Positions 9,162-22,076 of a stretch of DNA of 64,000 nt are shown in pieces. Origin of the DNA: an uncultured Spirochaetota bacterium (lineage in GTDB: Bacteria > Spirochaetota > Brevinematia > Brevinematales > JAOACQ01); assembly GCA_963835575.1 (NCBI GenBank), contig CAWIGG010000004.1, positions 798,532 through 862,531 on the forward strand, in the 5' to 3' direction. The translations under genes were made by a program, and so were the position numbers. The notes under the pieces are model-generated. The model was not told where the DNA came from. It did no database searches and saw nothing but the letters and a program-made list of their open reading frames with translations. Each line of letters begins with the position of its first letter. The first letter of the stretch is position 1.

Positions 9162-9186
9162 TAAAAACACTAAGCTGATAATAAAA

Positions 9187-9221
9187 CAGCCCTCTTCTTT
9201 ATCAGAAGGGGGCTGCTTTTT
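9187..9221 (+). terminator. Rho-independent terminator after glgX
   Basis: 11-bp stem cagccctcttc / gaagggggctg, 7-nt loop, followed by cttttt. Confidence 0.8.
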
Positions 9222-9230
9222 AGAGCGTTT

Positions 9231-9303
9231 AGCCCTATCGGGATTTGAACCCGAGTCACCGCCGTGAGAGGGCGGTGTCCTAGACCAGGCTAGACGATAG
9301 GGC
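9231..9303 (-). tRNA. tRNA-Glu (anticodon CTC)
   Basis: Hand-folded cloverleaf. Acceptor gccctat/atagggc, anticodon stem ccgcc/ggcgg, loop ctCTCac, T-loop ttcaaat. Confidence 0.9.
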
Positions 9304-9358
9304 CGTGGTCAGATGAATAAACCACACCACCGGCGTGGTTTATCAGATTATAAAAACG

Positions 9359-9429
9359 CTGGGGCGGAAGGAGTCGAACCCTCACAAACAGATCCAGAGT
9401 CTGTCGTCCTACCATTAGACAACGCCCCA
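9359..9429 (-). tRNA. tRNA-Gln (anticodon CTG)
   Basis: Acceptor tggggcg/cgcccca, anticodon stem acaga/tctgt, loop ctCTGga, T-loop ttcgact. 71 nt. Confidence 0.9.
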
Positions 9430-9443
9430 GTATAGAGATGGAT

Positions 9444-9472
9444 ATTTTATATTAAAGTTTGAGTTTCGTCAA
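9444..9472 (-). promoter_or_regulatory. sigma70-type promoter for the tRNA-Gln/tRNA-Glu unit
   Basis: Minus strand reads TTGACG, 17 nt, TAAAAT. The -10 ends 14 nt before the tRNA-Gln 5' end. Confidence 0.65.
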
Positions 9473-9848
9473 ATTAAAATGGGGGAGATCGGGAATTGGG
9501 GGCAAGGCAGTGCCGCACATCGGGATTGCCCCCCGTCTAATTTAATACAATTTATGAAAATTCTTATTGTTGTGTGAATTGACTGGGAACATCTCTCCCG
9601 GCCCCCGTTCCAACAAACATCCTGTTGAGTCTCCGCGGGTTGTGCAAAATCACTTTGGTATGCTCACAGGCTGCCCCTGTCCCCATCTTGAATTATTAGC
9701 ATGAGTTTCCAGATATCATTGGGTAATATGGGGTAATCAGGCGGAAGATTATCAAATGTTAAGAAATAATTATAAAAATAACAGCAAGGTTTCCTGTAAA
9801 AAACCCGGGGATATGAACAAGGAATTAAAGCAATTTTCAAATAGTAAT

Positions 9849-10194
9849 ATGATTCAATAGATTATTATTGTTTTTACTTTATGTCTCACAATCATCGCAT
9901 GCGCCGAACCTGAAAAAAAAGAAAACCCGGCGGCTTTTAAAAGCAGGAAACAAGGATAATATCATAAAAGAAGTATATCAAATTAACGATCTGCCTGTCA
10001 CAAAAAAATCTTTTAATAAATTATTATCTTCTCTTAAAGAACTGACTCATACATGGTTTTGCGCCGAGACAACAGCCGGCGGAAGGACAGGCTATGAAGC
10101 AGTGGACAAAAAAGGCGTTATTTATGAGGTCAGGTTTGAGTCAGAATACGGAAACTCGATCAGTTCAATCAAGAAGAAAATCTTACTCAAATAA
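9849..10194 (+). pseudogene. small lipoprotein gene disrupted by an in-frame TAG (codon 4) and a frame change at an A8 tract; alternatively the 108-aa ORF 9868..10194 alone
   Basis: Frame A reads ATG-9849 MIQ*IIIVFTLCLTIIAC/AEPEKK, a lipobox-like signal. A8 lies at 9913-9920. Frame B continues ..KTRRLLKAGNKDNIIKEVYQ.. to 10194. Confidence 0.4.
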
Positions 10195-10554
10195 AACATG
10201 GCTATTTTAATAACTATTATTTCCGGCTGGAAGGTATCTTGTGGACAAGATAAGCTTCAGCGTGACGCTGACGGAGCGTGATTGCCTTTTTTCCAATTTG
10301 TTCCTGCTTTTTTTATGAGATAATTCCGGTTTAGTAACATAGTCATATACACTGGCTTTGTTGAAAATCTATAAAGGTTAATATTCCCCTTGCTTTTTTA
10401 TTGAAATAATGTTACTTTTAATAGACGATAAATATCATATCTCAAAAATCCGATGAAATAATTCCTCAATTTATTCAGCAAATTTAATTTAAAAAAAGCG
10501 CTCCCGGATTTTTATATTTTATCCGGCATGTCCAATCCATGTGAAGGAGGATTT

Positions 10555-12222
10555 ATGAATTGTAAATATTTGACGGCTGTGGTTGTTTTGCTGAGCATTC
10601 TATATATTTCCGGATGCGCGCCGGTTAAGGGAAATGAAAATAATTCCGGTAAAACGTATCAACCCCTTGCCCCGGAATATATCAGGACAAGCGGGCAGAA
10701 TCTTGTCATAGGATCCAACAATACTGTAATAAATCTGCATGGTGTCTGCTTCGGCAATCAGGTCTGGTCGACTCCGTCAATTCCGCCGACAACTCATCAT
10801 GCCGAGGCGGATTTTGCCCGCGTGACCAATATGCATATGAACGCCATCCGGTTCTATATGAATTACCAGCTTTTTGAGGATGATTCAAATCCTTATCATT
10901 ATAAACAAACAGGCTGGGACTGGCTTGCGGCCAACATCCAGTGGGCGGAAACATATGGTGTTTTCCTGATACTGAACATGCATGTTCCGCAGGGCGGTTT
11001 TCAATCGCTGGGTACAGGGCTGGCCCTCTGGAATAATCCAGAAAACCAGAACCGCCTGACCGCGCTCTGGAAGGCCATTGCCGATTATTGTAAAAACTAT
11101 ACCAACGTTGCGGCTTATGATCTCGTGAATGAGCCTGTTACCAGTTCATCAAAATCGCAGTGGGTCAATCTGGCGGCGCGTATCGCGGGAGATATCCGCA
11201 CGGTCGATCCGAACCATATGATCATTGTGGAACGCCTGAACGCTATTGCCGGAAATTGGGCGAATGACGCGGATATGAATTTTTTCCAGATCAGCGATCC
11301 CAATATTGCCTATGAGTTTCATTTTTATTCGCCTATTGAATACACGCACCAGCTCACATCCTGGACCGGCTATTCCAACCAGGACGGCGGGCCTTACCCG
11401 GATTTGACCCGGGTTGCCTATCCTTCCGATTTGGAATGGGCTGACGCGACGCTGAATAATCCTGTTCTTTCAAACGGCAGTTCGGGATGGACATATTATA
11501 CGGGAATCCTATATCAAGTTACAGATCCCTTGATCGTCTGCGGAAAGCCGGCTTTTGTTTCCGCCAATAACAGCGGAGCCGCTTATTTTGACGATTTCGA
11601 TATAGAGGAATATAATTCAAGCGCTGTATTTCTCAGAACGAATTTTAATACTAATATTGAGAATTTAAATGACAGCTGGTTCTGGAGCCAGAACGGCAGC
11701 GGCCAGTATGGAATCACCGGCGCTCAAAATCATGCCGGCAGCTATTCCAGCTTTATCAGCAATACGACAAGCGACGCCAATATCAGCGCCAATGTTTTCC
11801 GTTTTGTCGTTACGAACGGGCATTATTACAAGATCAGCGGATATATGAAAGGCAGTGCCGCAACCGGAAATTCAAGAATTCGCATAGACTTTGAAAAAAG
11901 CCCTTCCGGCAGCAAGCCGTCATACAGGGATATTACATATCTTTCTAATGAAATCTACCGCTACCTGGCCTGGGGCAAGGCGCATAATGTCCCGCTCTAT
12001 TGCGGGGAATTCGGCGTGTTTATCGAAAATGTGACAAACAGCACAAAAGGGGGCACAAACTGGATTCATGATGTTGTGAAGATCTTAAAGGATGCCGGCG
12101 TTCATAATACCTATCATTCCTATCATGAAACCGGGTCGTTTGGGATTTATACCAATGGCGGCCTGCCGAATAACGGTACGGGAATTCCAGGGATGATAAA
12201 AGTATTGCAGGACGCATATTAA
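10555..12222 (+). CDS. GH5-family glycoside hydrolase lipoprotein with a ~165-aa beta-rich insert between the acid/base and nucleophile strands
   Basis: GAAGGAGG lies 5 nt before ATG-10555. Lipobox LYISGC. Motifs DLVNEPV (acid/base), FHFYSP and LYCGEFG (nucleophile). Confidence 0.8.
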   Translation: MNCKYLTAVVVLLSILYISGCAPVKGNENNSGKTYQPLAPEYIRTSGQNLVIGSNNTVINLHGVCFGNQVWSTPSIPPTTHHAEADFARVTNMHMNAIRFYMNYQLFEDDSNPYHYKQTGWDWLAANIQWAETYGVFLILNMHVPQGGFQSLGTGLALWNNPENQNRLTALWKAIADYCKNYTNVAAYDLVNEPVTSSSKSQWVNLAARIAGDIRTVDPNHMIIVERLNAIAGNWANDADMNFFQISDPNIAYEFHFYSPIEYTHQLTSWTGYSNQDGGPYPDLTRVAYPSDLEWADATLNNPVLSNGSSGWTYYTGILYQVTDPLIVCGKPAFVSANNSGAAYFDDFDIEEYNSSAVFLRTNFNTNIENLNDSWFWSQNGSGQYGITGAQNHAGSYSSFISNTTSDANISANVFRFVVTNGHYYKISGYMKGSAATGNSRIRIDFEKSPSGSKPSYRDITYLSNEIYRYLAWGKAHNVPLYCGEFGVFIENVTNSTKGGTNWIHDVVKILKDAGVHNTYHSYHETGSFGIYTNGGLPNNGTGIPGMIKVLQDAY

Positions 12223-12473
12223 TAATATTTAAGCATTTTAGAGATTATTATTCTTCAGCGTCAATCTTATTTTGTCGATAATAAACGACATACCTTTCTG
12301 GTATAGAACAGACAAATAAGATAGAAAATGCTTTTTAGTTTTTCTTATATTGTCTAATGAGTGAAAATTAATTTGCCTTTTCAAACATTTATGTATTTTT
12401 TATAGTATATAGTAATAAAAGGTTTTCATAAACGTGGTTTTTCCTTGTTTTTATAAATATTCCCGCGCTTTTT

Positions 12474-12502
12474 TTGACGGATTTGTGAAAATCATCTATA
12501 CT
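12474..12502 (+). promoter_or_regulatory. rrn operon promoter
   Basis: TTGACG (12474-12479), 17 nt, TATACT (12497-12502). Preceded by an AT/T-rich UP-like tract. Confidence 0.7.
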
Positions 12503-12661
12503 ACTACCCGCCTGTATAAAGGCAGGGTGAAGAAAATGGGTAGTATTCTTGTACTGAAATAAGGTAATAGAACAAAGGTGAGAGTCCAGTGCGAGTCCTG
12601 CCCGAGTCGGCGGCCGGTTGAAAGATCGGAGAGGTCGACAAGGGAGGAAACAATTTCTTAA

Positions 12662-12689
12662 GTAGAGACGTTGCTTGCAACGTCTGTAC
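12662..12689. repeat. GTAGAGACG-family hairpin, copy 3 (16S leader)
   Basis: GTAGAGACGTTGCttGCAACGTCTGTAC. 12 of 13 positions pair. Confidence 0.75.
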
Positions 12690-12735
12690 GGACAGATGCA
12701 AACAGATCAAACTGAAATGATATAATTTTTATCAC

Positions 12736-14262
<1,527 letters not shown>

Positions 14263-14351
14263 ATAGGGAGAAAAAGAGGGTAACACCTCAAAACAAGTCA
14301 CTGGACTCTCATCTTATATATAAAAAGAAGAAAAAGAGATAAAAGCCAAAG

Positions 14352-14425
14352 GGGTGTATAGCTCAGTTGGTTAGAGCGCAGCCCTGATAAGGCTGAGGTC
14401 GGTGGTTCGAAACCACCTACACCCA
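14352..14425 (+). tRNA. tRNA-Ile (anticodon GAT)
   Basis: Acceptor gggtgta/tacaccc, anticodon loop ctGATaa, T-arm ggtgg ttcgaaa ccacc. 74 nt. Confidence 0.95.
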
Positions 14426-14426
14426 G

Positions 14427-14469
14427 GATTGCGTAGAGATGTAATGTTTCATTACGTCTCTACGCAATC
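14427..14469. repeat. GTAGAGACG-family hairpin, copy 4 (tRNA-Ile/tRNA-Ala spacer)
   Basis: gattgcGTAGAGATGTAATGtttCATTACGTCTCTACgcaatc. 20-bp stem with one G-U pair. Fills almost the whole spacer. Confidence 0.85.
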
Positions 14470-14474
14470 GTCTT

Positions 14475-14547
14475 GGGGGTGTAGCTCAGCTGGGAGAGCG
14501 CCTGCCTTGCAAGCAGGATGCCAGGGGTTCGATTCCCCTCATCTCCA
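14475..14547 (+). tRNA. tRNA-Ala (anticodon TGC)
   Basis: Acceptor gggggtg/catctcc with a G3:U70 pair. Anticodon loop ttTGCaa. T-arm aggggttcgattcccct. Confidence 0.95.
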
Positions 14548-14691
14548 GGTTACTAGCTGTTAGCGGTTAGCTGCTAGCGGTTAGCGGAACGGGGGAAAAA
14601 GAATTGTTTTAAACAGATAAGAAATATCTATTAGCTAACGGCTAGAAGTTAGTAGCTAATAGCCAGAAATCGGTTATAGGAATAAGGTAAG

Positions 14692-17576
<2,885 letters not shown>

Positions 17577-17655
17577 CTTGACTTATTCTTATTTACCCCC
17601 CTTCCCTTCCCCCCTTATTAAGGGGGGGATACAGAGGGGTTGGTTGTTTTGTTTT

Positions 17656-17762
17656 GCCTGGTGACCATAGCGCAGGTGTTACACCCGGTCCCATTCCGAA
17701 CCCGGAAGTTAAGCCCTGCGTCGCCGATGATACTCGTAAGGGGAAAGTAGGTGTTGCCAGGC
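17656..17762 (+). rRNA. rrf: 5S ribosomal RNA
   Basis: gcctggtgaccatagcg..cccattccgaacccggaagttaag..gttgccaggc. The terminal helix is closed and followed by a T7 run. Confidence 0.9.
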
Positions 17763-17773
17763 TTTTTTTATTT

Positions 17774-17811
17774 AAGGTGTTTCCAAAAATTTTAATTTTT
17801 GGAAACACCTT
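17774..17811 (+). terminator. strong hairpin terminator closing the rrn operon
   Basis: 16-bp perfect stem aaggtgtttccaaaaa / tttttggaaacacctt, 6-nt loop, then tcttgtt. Confidence 0.7.
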
Positions 17812-17847
17812 TCTTGTTAAATAAATATAAATATGAAGTAGTTAAAT

Positions 17848-18528
17848 ATGGAATTTAAAGGCTTTTCAAAAGAGACGATCAAATTTCTTTTCGAACTCGG
17901 TTTCAACAACAATAAAGAATGGTATACGGAACATAAGAACGAATATCTTGAATATGTTCTTGAACCGTTTAAAAACCTTGTTGAATCCCTTGGCAGAAAA
18001 ATGCTTGTCATTGATCCCGAATTCGAGATCACTCCTGCCGTTGACAAAACCATATCGAGAATTTACCGCGACACACGTTTTTCAAATGATAAAACAAAAT
18101 ACAGGAATAATGTCTGGATTTCATTTAAAAGGCCGGTCGCTGACTGGAAGGAAACCCCAGTTTATTTTTTTGAGATCTATCCGGAATTTTATCATTTCGG
18201 GATGGGATTTTTCCAATTCCCGGCTTATGTTCGCGAAAAATTAAGAAATCGTATCCTTGAGAATACGAAGTTATTTAAAAAAGCCGTATCATTTTATAAA
18301 AAAAGCGAGCCGTTTGAGATAGCGGGTGAAAAATTCAAGAGGATAAAAGATAAAGAAGTACCGGAAGAAATAAGAGACTGGTATGAAAGAAGGGAGCTTT
18401 ATCTCTACTGCAGGAGAAAAATGGACGATCTTCCTTTTCAAGCTGGCCTTGTTGATTTCCTTTATGATAATTTTCTGGAAATAAAACCCCTCTATGATTA
18501 TCTATGGAATATCATACAAAAAGGCTAA
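17848..18528 (+). CDS. DUF2461 (TIGR02453) family protein
   Basis: FLFELGFNNNKEWYTEHKNEYLEYVLEPF and RIYRDTRFSNDKTKY are the signature blocks of this family as I recall it. Confidence 0.8.
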   Translation: MEFKGFSKETIKFLFELGFNNNKEWYTEHKNEYLEYVLEPFKNLVESLGRKMLVIDPEFEITPAVDKTISRIYRDTRFSNDKTKYRNNVWISFKRPVADWKETPVYFFEIYPEFYHFGMGFFQFPAYVREKLRNRILENTKLFKKAVSFYKKSEPFEIAGEKFKRIKDKEVPEEIRDWYERRELYLYCRRKMDDLPFQAGLVDFLYDNFLEIKPLYDYLWNIIQKG

Positions 18529-18540
18529 TAACATTTAGGT

Positions 18541-19678
18541 TTATAAAGCAATAGCTTTCCAGAACCAGAAAAGCATGTTTTTCAGACTAAAATTTCTTAA
18601 GCCCACCACTGCATAATGTGCACGTAAAGCGATATTGCCTTTGACGGATATCAAACCGAATAGTTTGCCGACGCTGGCATCTCCCAAAGGTATGATCCAT
18701 CCCGGATCGAAAGGATTGAATGGTTTAAGAGGCAGCCCTTTTATGAGCCGCCGGATATTTTTACCGGCGCAGCTGCCGGAATAGATCGCGTAATTCACCG
18801 CTTTTCGAAGATATCCTTTCCGGTCTTTTATAGCCGCCGAATCGCCGGCCGCAAAAACTTCAGGGTATTTATCCAATTGAAGAAAAGGATTTACAATAAT
18901 TCTGCCGTCAGCAATACGATTAATGCTGTCATTCAACCCGGGAAGGAATAATTGAGTACCGGCGGTCCAGCATAATAGAGCGTCAGATATAATTTCTCCC
19001 GAACTCAGCTGTAATTTATCGCCGTCAATCCGGCTGATTGTAGTGTTAAATAATATTTTAAAGCCCTTCTTTGCGAGTCTTTGCCGGATAGTTTTTATCT
19101 CTTTATTATTCAGAAAAGGGAGCATTTTTGACAGCGCTTCTATAATTGTAATATTTACAGGATTATTTTTCTTTAAAGCTGCTTTATCCAGGGCTGCGGC
19201 CAGTTCCAGACCTGTATATCCGGCGCCGGTGATGACCAGGTTCAGAGGTTTTTTAACTGCGCTGAGCCTCTGAGAAAAGTCTTTATTTATTTGAATAAGC
19301 TTTATTAAGAGAATCCAGACTGTGAATTTTTGTTAAATTCTGATTAAAACCGTAATAATTGGCCGCAGAGCCTCCGGCTATTAAAAGATAATCATAGTGA
19401 TATGAGGCTGAGGCAGAAACCAGGGATTTATTTTCAAAATCGATGGATTTGATCTCATCCCGGACAAACTTTACCGAACGCGGTATAAGTCTTTTTGTTT
19501 TCTCGCTAATTCTTTCCGGAGAAACACTGCCTGCGGCAATATCGGGAAGAGCCGGCAGCATAGTCGTAAAATCTTCTTTATCGATTAAAATGGTCTGAAA
19601 TGACGAACCGCCGCTTTTTAATTGTTTTGAGGCGGAAATGCCTGCGAACCCTCCGCCCAGAATTAATATTGTTTTCAT
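18541..19678 (-). pseudogene. ndh: type II NADH dehydrogenase / FAD-dependent pyridine-nucleotide disulfide oxidoreductase, split by a frameshift (or a sequencing indel)
   Basis: N-terminal ORF (MKTILILGGGFAG..) stops at 19283. The C-terminal ORF frame is open back to ~19332 and encodes the second Rossmann motif LVITGAGYTGLELAAAL without a start codon. The frames join if one base is removed from T3 at 19290-19292. Confidence 0.7.
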
Positions 19679-19744
19679 TATTAAATTCCTCAAATAAGAT
19701 TAATAAAAATAACCCGGCAGGCTAAGCTAATTATAAGTTCCCGG

Positions 19745-20471
19745 TCAAAATAAAAATGGGATGATAATCTTTCGTTTTTGAGGGTAATCAGAAAAATTCT
19801 TCCTGTACCAGCGGTGATTTCGCAATCGCTCGCGGAAAGAGATTACAGAAGGTGAAAAAAGCGAAAGCCCAGCCGGCCAAACTTCCCGTTAGCAGGGCCC
19901 ATCCGGTCCATTCGATGATTTCACCCAGGTAATTCGGGTTTGTTATTAAACGGAAAGCTCCTTTCATGGGAATTTTATAACCTTTTTCATTGTCTTTTCT
20001 TAAGCTCCGGATTATCGCGTCTGAATAGACATGAAGCGAAAACCCGCTTATAAATAAAATGAATCCGAGAATGGACAGAGGATGAAGTAAGGCTCCAAGT
20101 GTGAGATTTTTAAGAAACACTTCATGCCCGTTGATAATACCGTTATTAATATTGAATAAACATGCAAAAAAGACCAGCATAAGAGGAAAAGTACGCTTTG
20201 AGCCCCGCTGAAGGGCTGTATAAATAAAAGTCCTGTAAATATAGTGGATTTCCCAGAGAACAAGCAGAATAATATTGACGGGGGATATTGTTCCCGAAAG
20301 AAGAAGCATGACTGCGATTGTCAGGACCGAAGGTAATTCCATCAATAGCCATGAAAATCGGGAATTGACCATAATGCCCCAGCCGGACCTGGTATGTTTA
20401 CCGTAAGGAGCGCTGATAAAAAGCAGAATAATAAAAATAACTGCGCCGGATATGAATTGAATTCTTGTCAA
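19745..20471 (-). pseudogene. steroid 5-alpha-reductase-family membrane protein with a frameshift about 20 codons before the native C-terminus (or a sequencing indel)
   Basis: ORF 19788..20471 ends ..NLFPRAIAKSPLVQEEFF*. The +1 frame from ~19820 reads NHRWYRKNFSDYPQKRKIIIPFLF*, the canonical family C-terminus (stop at 19745-19747). Confidence 0.65.
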
Positions 20472-20646
20472 TAATAAGAATATTTCCAGAAGATTCCTCC
20501 TTACAGAAAAATGGAAATGGAAGAATGTAGAATAATGTTATTATATCATATAAGAATTGTTATTAAAAGAATTACATAGTTTAGGCCTCATCCAATTCAT
20601 TGATAAATGTGATTTGATTTTTTTTTATGTGTACTTTAAAATAAAA

Positions 20647-20716
20647 AAGGTTATAACTCAGTGGTAGAGTGTTAGCTTCCCCTGGAAGTCAGCGAGTTCA
20701 AGCCAGTGGAAGTGAT
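20647..20716 (+). pseudogene. degenerate tRNA-Gly copy (does not fold as a tRNA)
   Basis: 20654-20681 is identical over 28 nt to 20754-20781 of the real tRNA-Gly (D-arm to anticodon loop). Downstream it is still alignable, but there is a 3-nt deletion in the anticodon loop and the T and acceptor stems are broken. Confidence 0.6.
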
Positions 20717-20746
20717 AAAATATAAATAAAATATGAAATAAGATAA

Positions 20747-20818
20747 GCGGGCGTAACTCAGTGGTAGAGTGTTAGCTTCCCAAGCTGAAAGTCGCGGGTT
20801 CAACCCCCGTCGCCCGCT
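20747..20818 (+). tRNA. tRNA-Gly (anticodon CCC)
   Basis: Acceptor gcgggcg/cgcccgc, anticodon loop ttCCCaa, T-arm gcggg ttcaacc cccgt. 72 nt. Confidence 0.92.
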
Positions 20819-20922
20819 CATTTTTTCTTTAGTCTCATCTGGTTGAATATTTAGTTGTTGCAATTATATTCCCCACGCTTTAAAATATTTTAGCTTTCTA
20901 TTTATTATTAAAGGACAATATT

Positions 20923-22062
20923 ATGTTATATGCGCTGCTCATTTCATTAAAAGCAAAATTAATTTTATTTAATTTATTAAATTATATCACTTTCCGGGCC
21001 ATGGCCGCATTTGTTACGGCTTTCATAATAGGTGTTATTGTAGCTCCGTATTGTATAAAAAAATTCAAGGAAATCGGTATTAAACAGGCAATCAGGAATG
21101 ATGGTCCTGAAAGCCATCAAGCGAAGTCAGGAACGCCTACAATGGGCGGTATTTTTATACTTATTGCGGCGCTTGTATCCATTCTTTTATGGGCAAAGTT
21201 TAATTATTATGTTTTTGTTGTCAGTCTGGGCATTGTCCTGTTTGGAACAATAGGATTTCTGGATGATTATCTTAAAATAAAATTCAAGAACTCAAAAGGA
21301 GTCAAAGGAAGAATTAAAATTTCCCTCCAGGTATTAGTGTCGCTTATATTGATAATGCTTCTTTACTTAAATCCAAGCCTGTCAGATGCCAAATTAATTA
21401 AATTATATCCCGATTTGCAGAATATATTATGGAAATTTTACATACCGATTATAGATAAGCCGCTCTTTACCTGGCCGCCTGTTTTGGCATGTTTATTTTA
21501 TGTTTTCACAATGGTTGCTTTCTCCAACGCAATGAATTTATCAGACGGGCTGGACGGGCTTGCTTCTGGCATGGGCATTATACTTTATATTCCATTCGGC
21601 ATCATTGCTTATGTTATAGGGAATTTTGTCGCGGCGCAGTATTTAAAATATCCTTTTATAATAGGTACAGGCGAATTGACTGTGATTATCGCCGCTATGA
21701 TCGGCGGATTAACGGCATTTCTCTGGTACAATATACATCCTGCTGAAGTATTCATGGGAGATACCGGTTCGCTTTCTATGGGCGGTACAATCGCTCTTAT
21801 CGCCATAATACTTAAACAGGAGATACTTCTGCTTATTGCCGGCGGTATGTTTGTTTTCGAGACATTATCTGTCGTAATGCAGACAAGTTATTTTAAATAT
21901 ACAAAGAGGAAATACGGAGCGGGCAAGAGATTCTTTCTCATGGCGCCTATTCACCATCATTTTGAAAAGAAGGGCTGGAAAGAAACAAAGGTCGTAATCA
22001 GGTTCTGGATCCTATCAGCGCTTTGCGCTCTGGCTGCTTTAGCGACATTAAAAGTGAGATAA
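20923..22062 (+). CDS. mraY: phospho-N-acetylmuramoyl-pentapeptide transferase MraY (not in a dcw cluster here)
   Basis: 379 aa polytopic protein. Motifs GTPTMGG, NAMNLSDGLDGLA, GDTGSL and APIHHHFE. Confidence 0.93.
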   Translation: MLYALLISLKAKLILFNLLNYITFRAMAAFVTAFIIGVIVAPYCIKKFKEIGIKQAIRNDGPESHQAKSGTPTMGGIFILIAALVSILLWAKFNYYVFVVSLGIVLFGTIGFLDDYLKIKFKNSKGVKGRIKISLQVLVSLILIMLLYLNPSLSDAKLIKLYPDLQNILWKFYIPIIDKPLFTWPPVLACLFYVFTMVAFSNAMNLSDGLDGLASGMGIILYIPFGIIAYVIGNFVAAQYLKYPFIIGTGELTVIIAAMIGGLTAFLWYNIHPAEVFMGDTGSLSMGGTIALIAIILKQEILLLIAGGMFVFETLSVVMQTSYFKYTKRKYGAGKRFFLMAPIHHHFEKKGWKETKVVIRFWILSALCALAALATLKVR

Positions 22063-22076
22063 TCAGGAGGTCAGAT

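Noticed and set aside
9481-9720. ORF-free G/C-rich stretch next to two tRNA genes considered as a large structured ncRNA (GOLLD/ROOL-like), tmRNA, SRP RNA or RNase P RNA.
   Set aside because: Only short local stems are visible (gggggcaa..ttgccccc, ggaac..gttcc, acagg..cctgt). None of the conserved motifs of tmRNA, 4.5S or RNase P is present. It shares words (cccccgtt, ggcagtgcc) with the repeat mosaics. A covariance-model scan would be needed to revive the idea.
9858-9860. In-frame TAG in the lipoprotein-like frame considered as stop-codon reassignment.
   Set aside because: TAG clearly terminates CDS 1590..3158 (aaa atc aaa TAG at 3156-3158). TGA and TAA also end well-supported genes, so the standard code fits.
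20472-20922. tRNA-Gly locus with a partial duplicate considered as a genomic-island or prophage junction.
   Set aside because: No integrase, phage or accessory genes lie on either side. The flanking genes are ordinary (SRD5A-like, mraY). The observation is kept only as a pseudo-tRNA.
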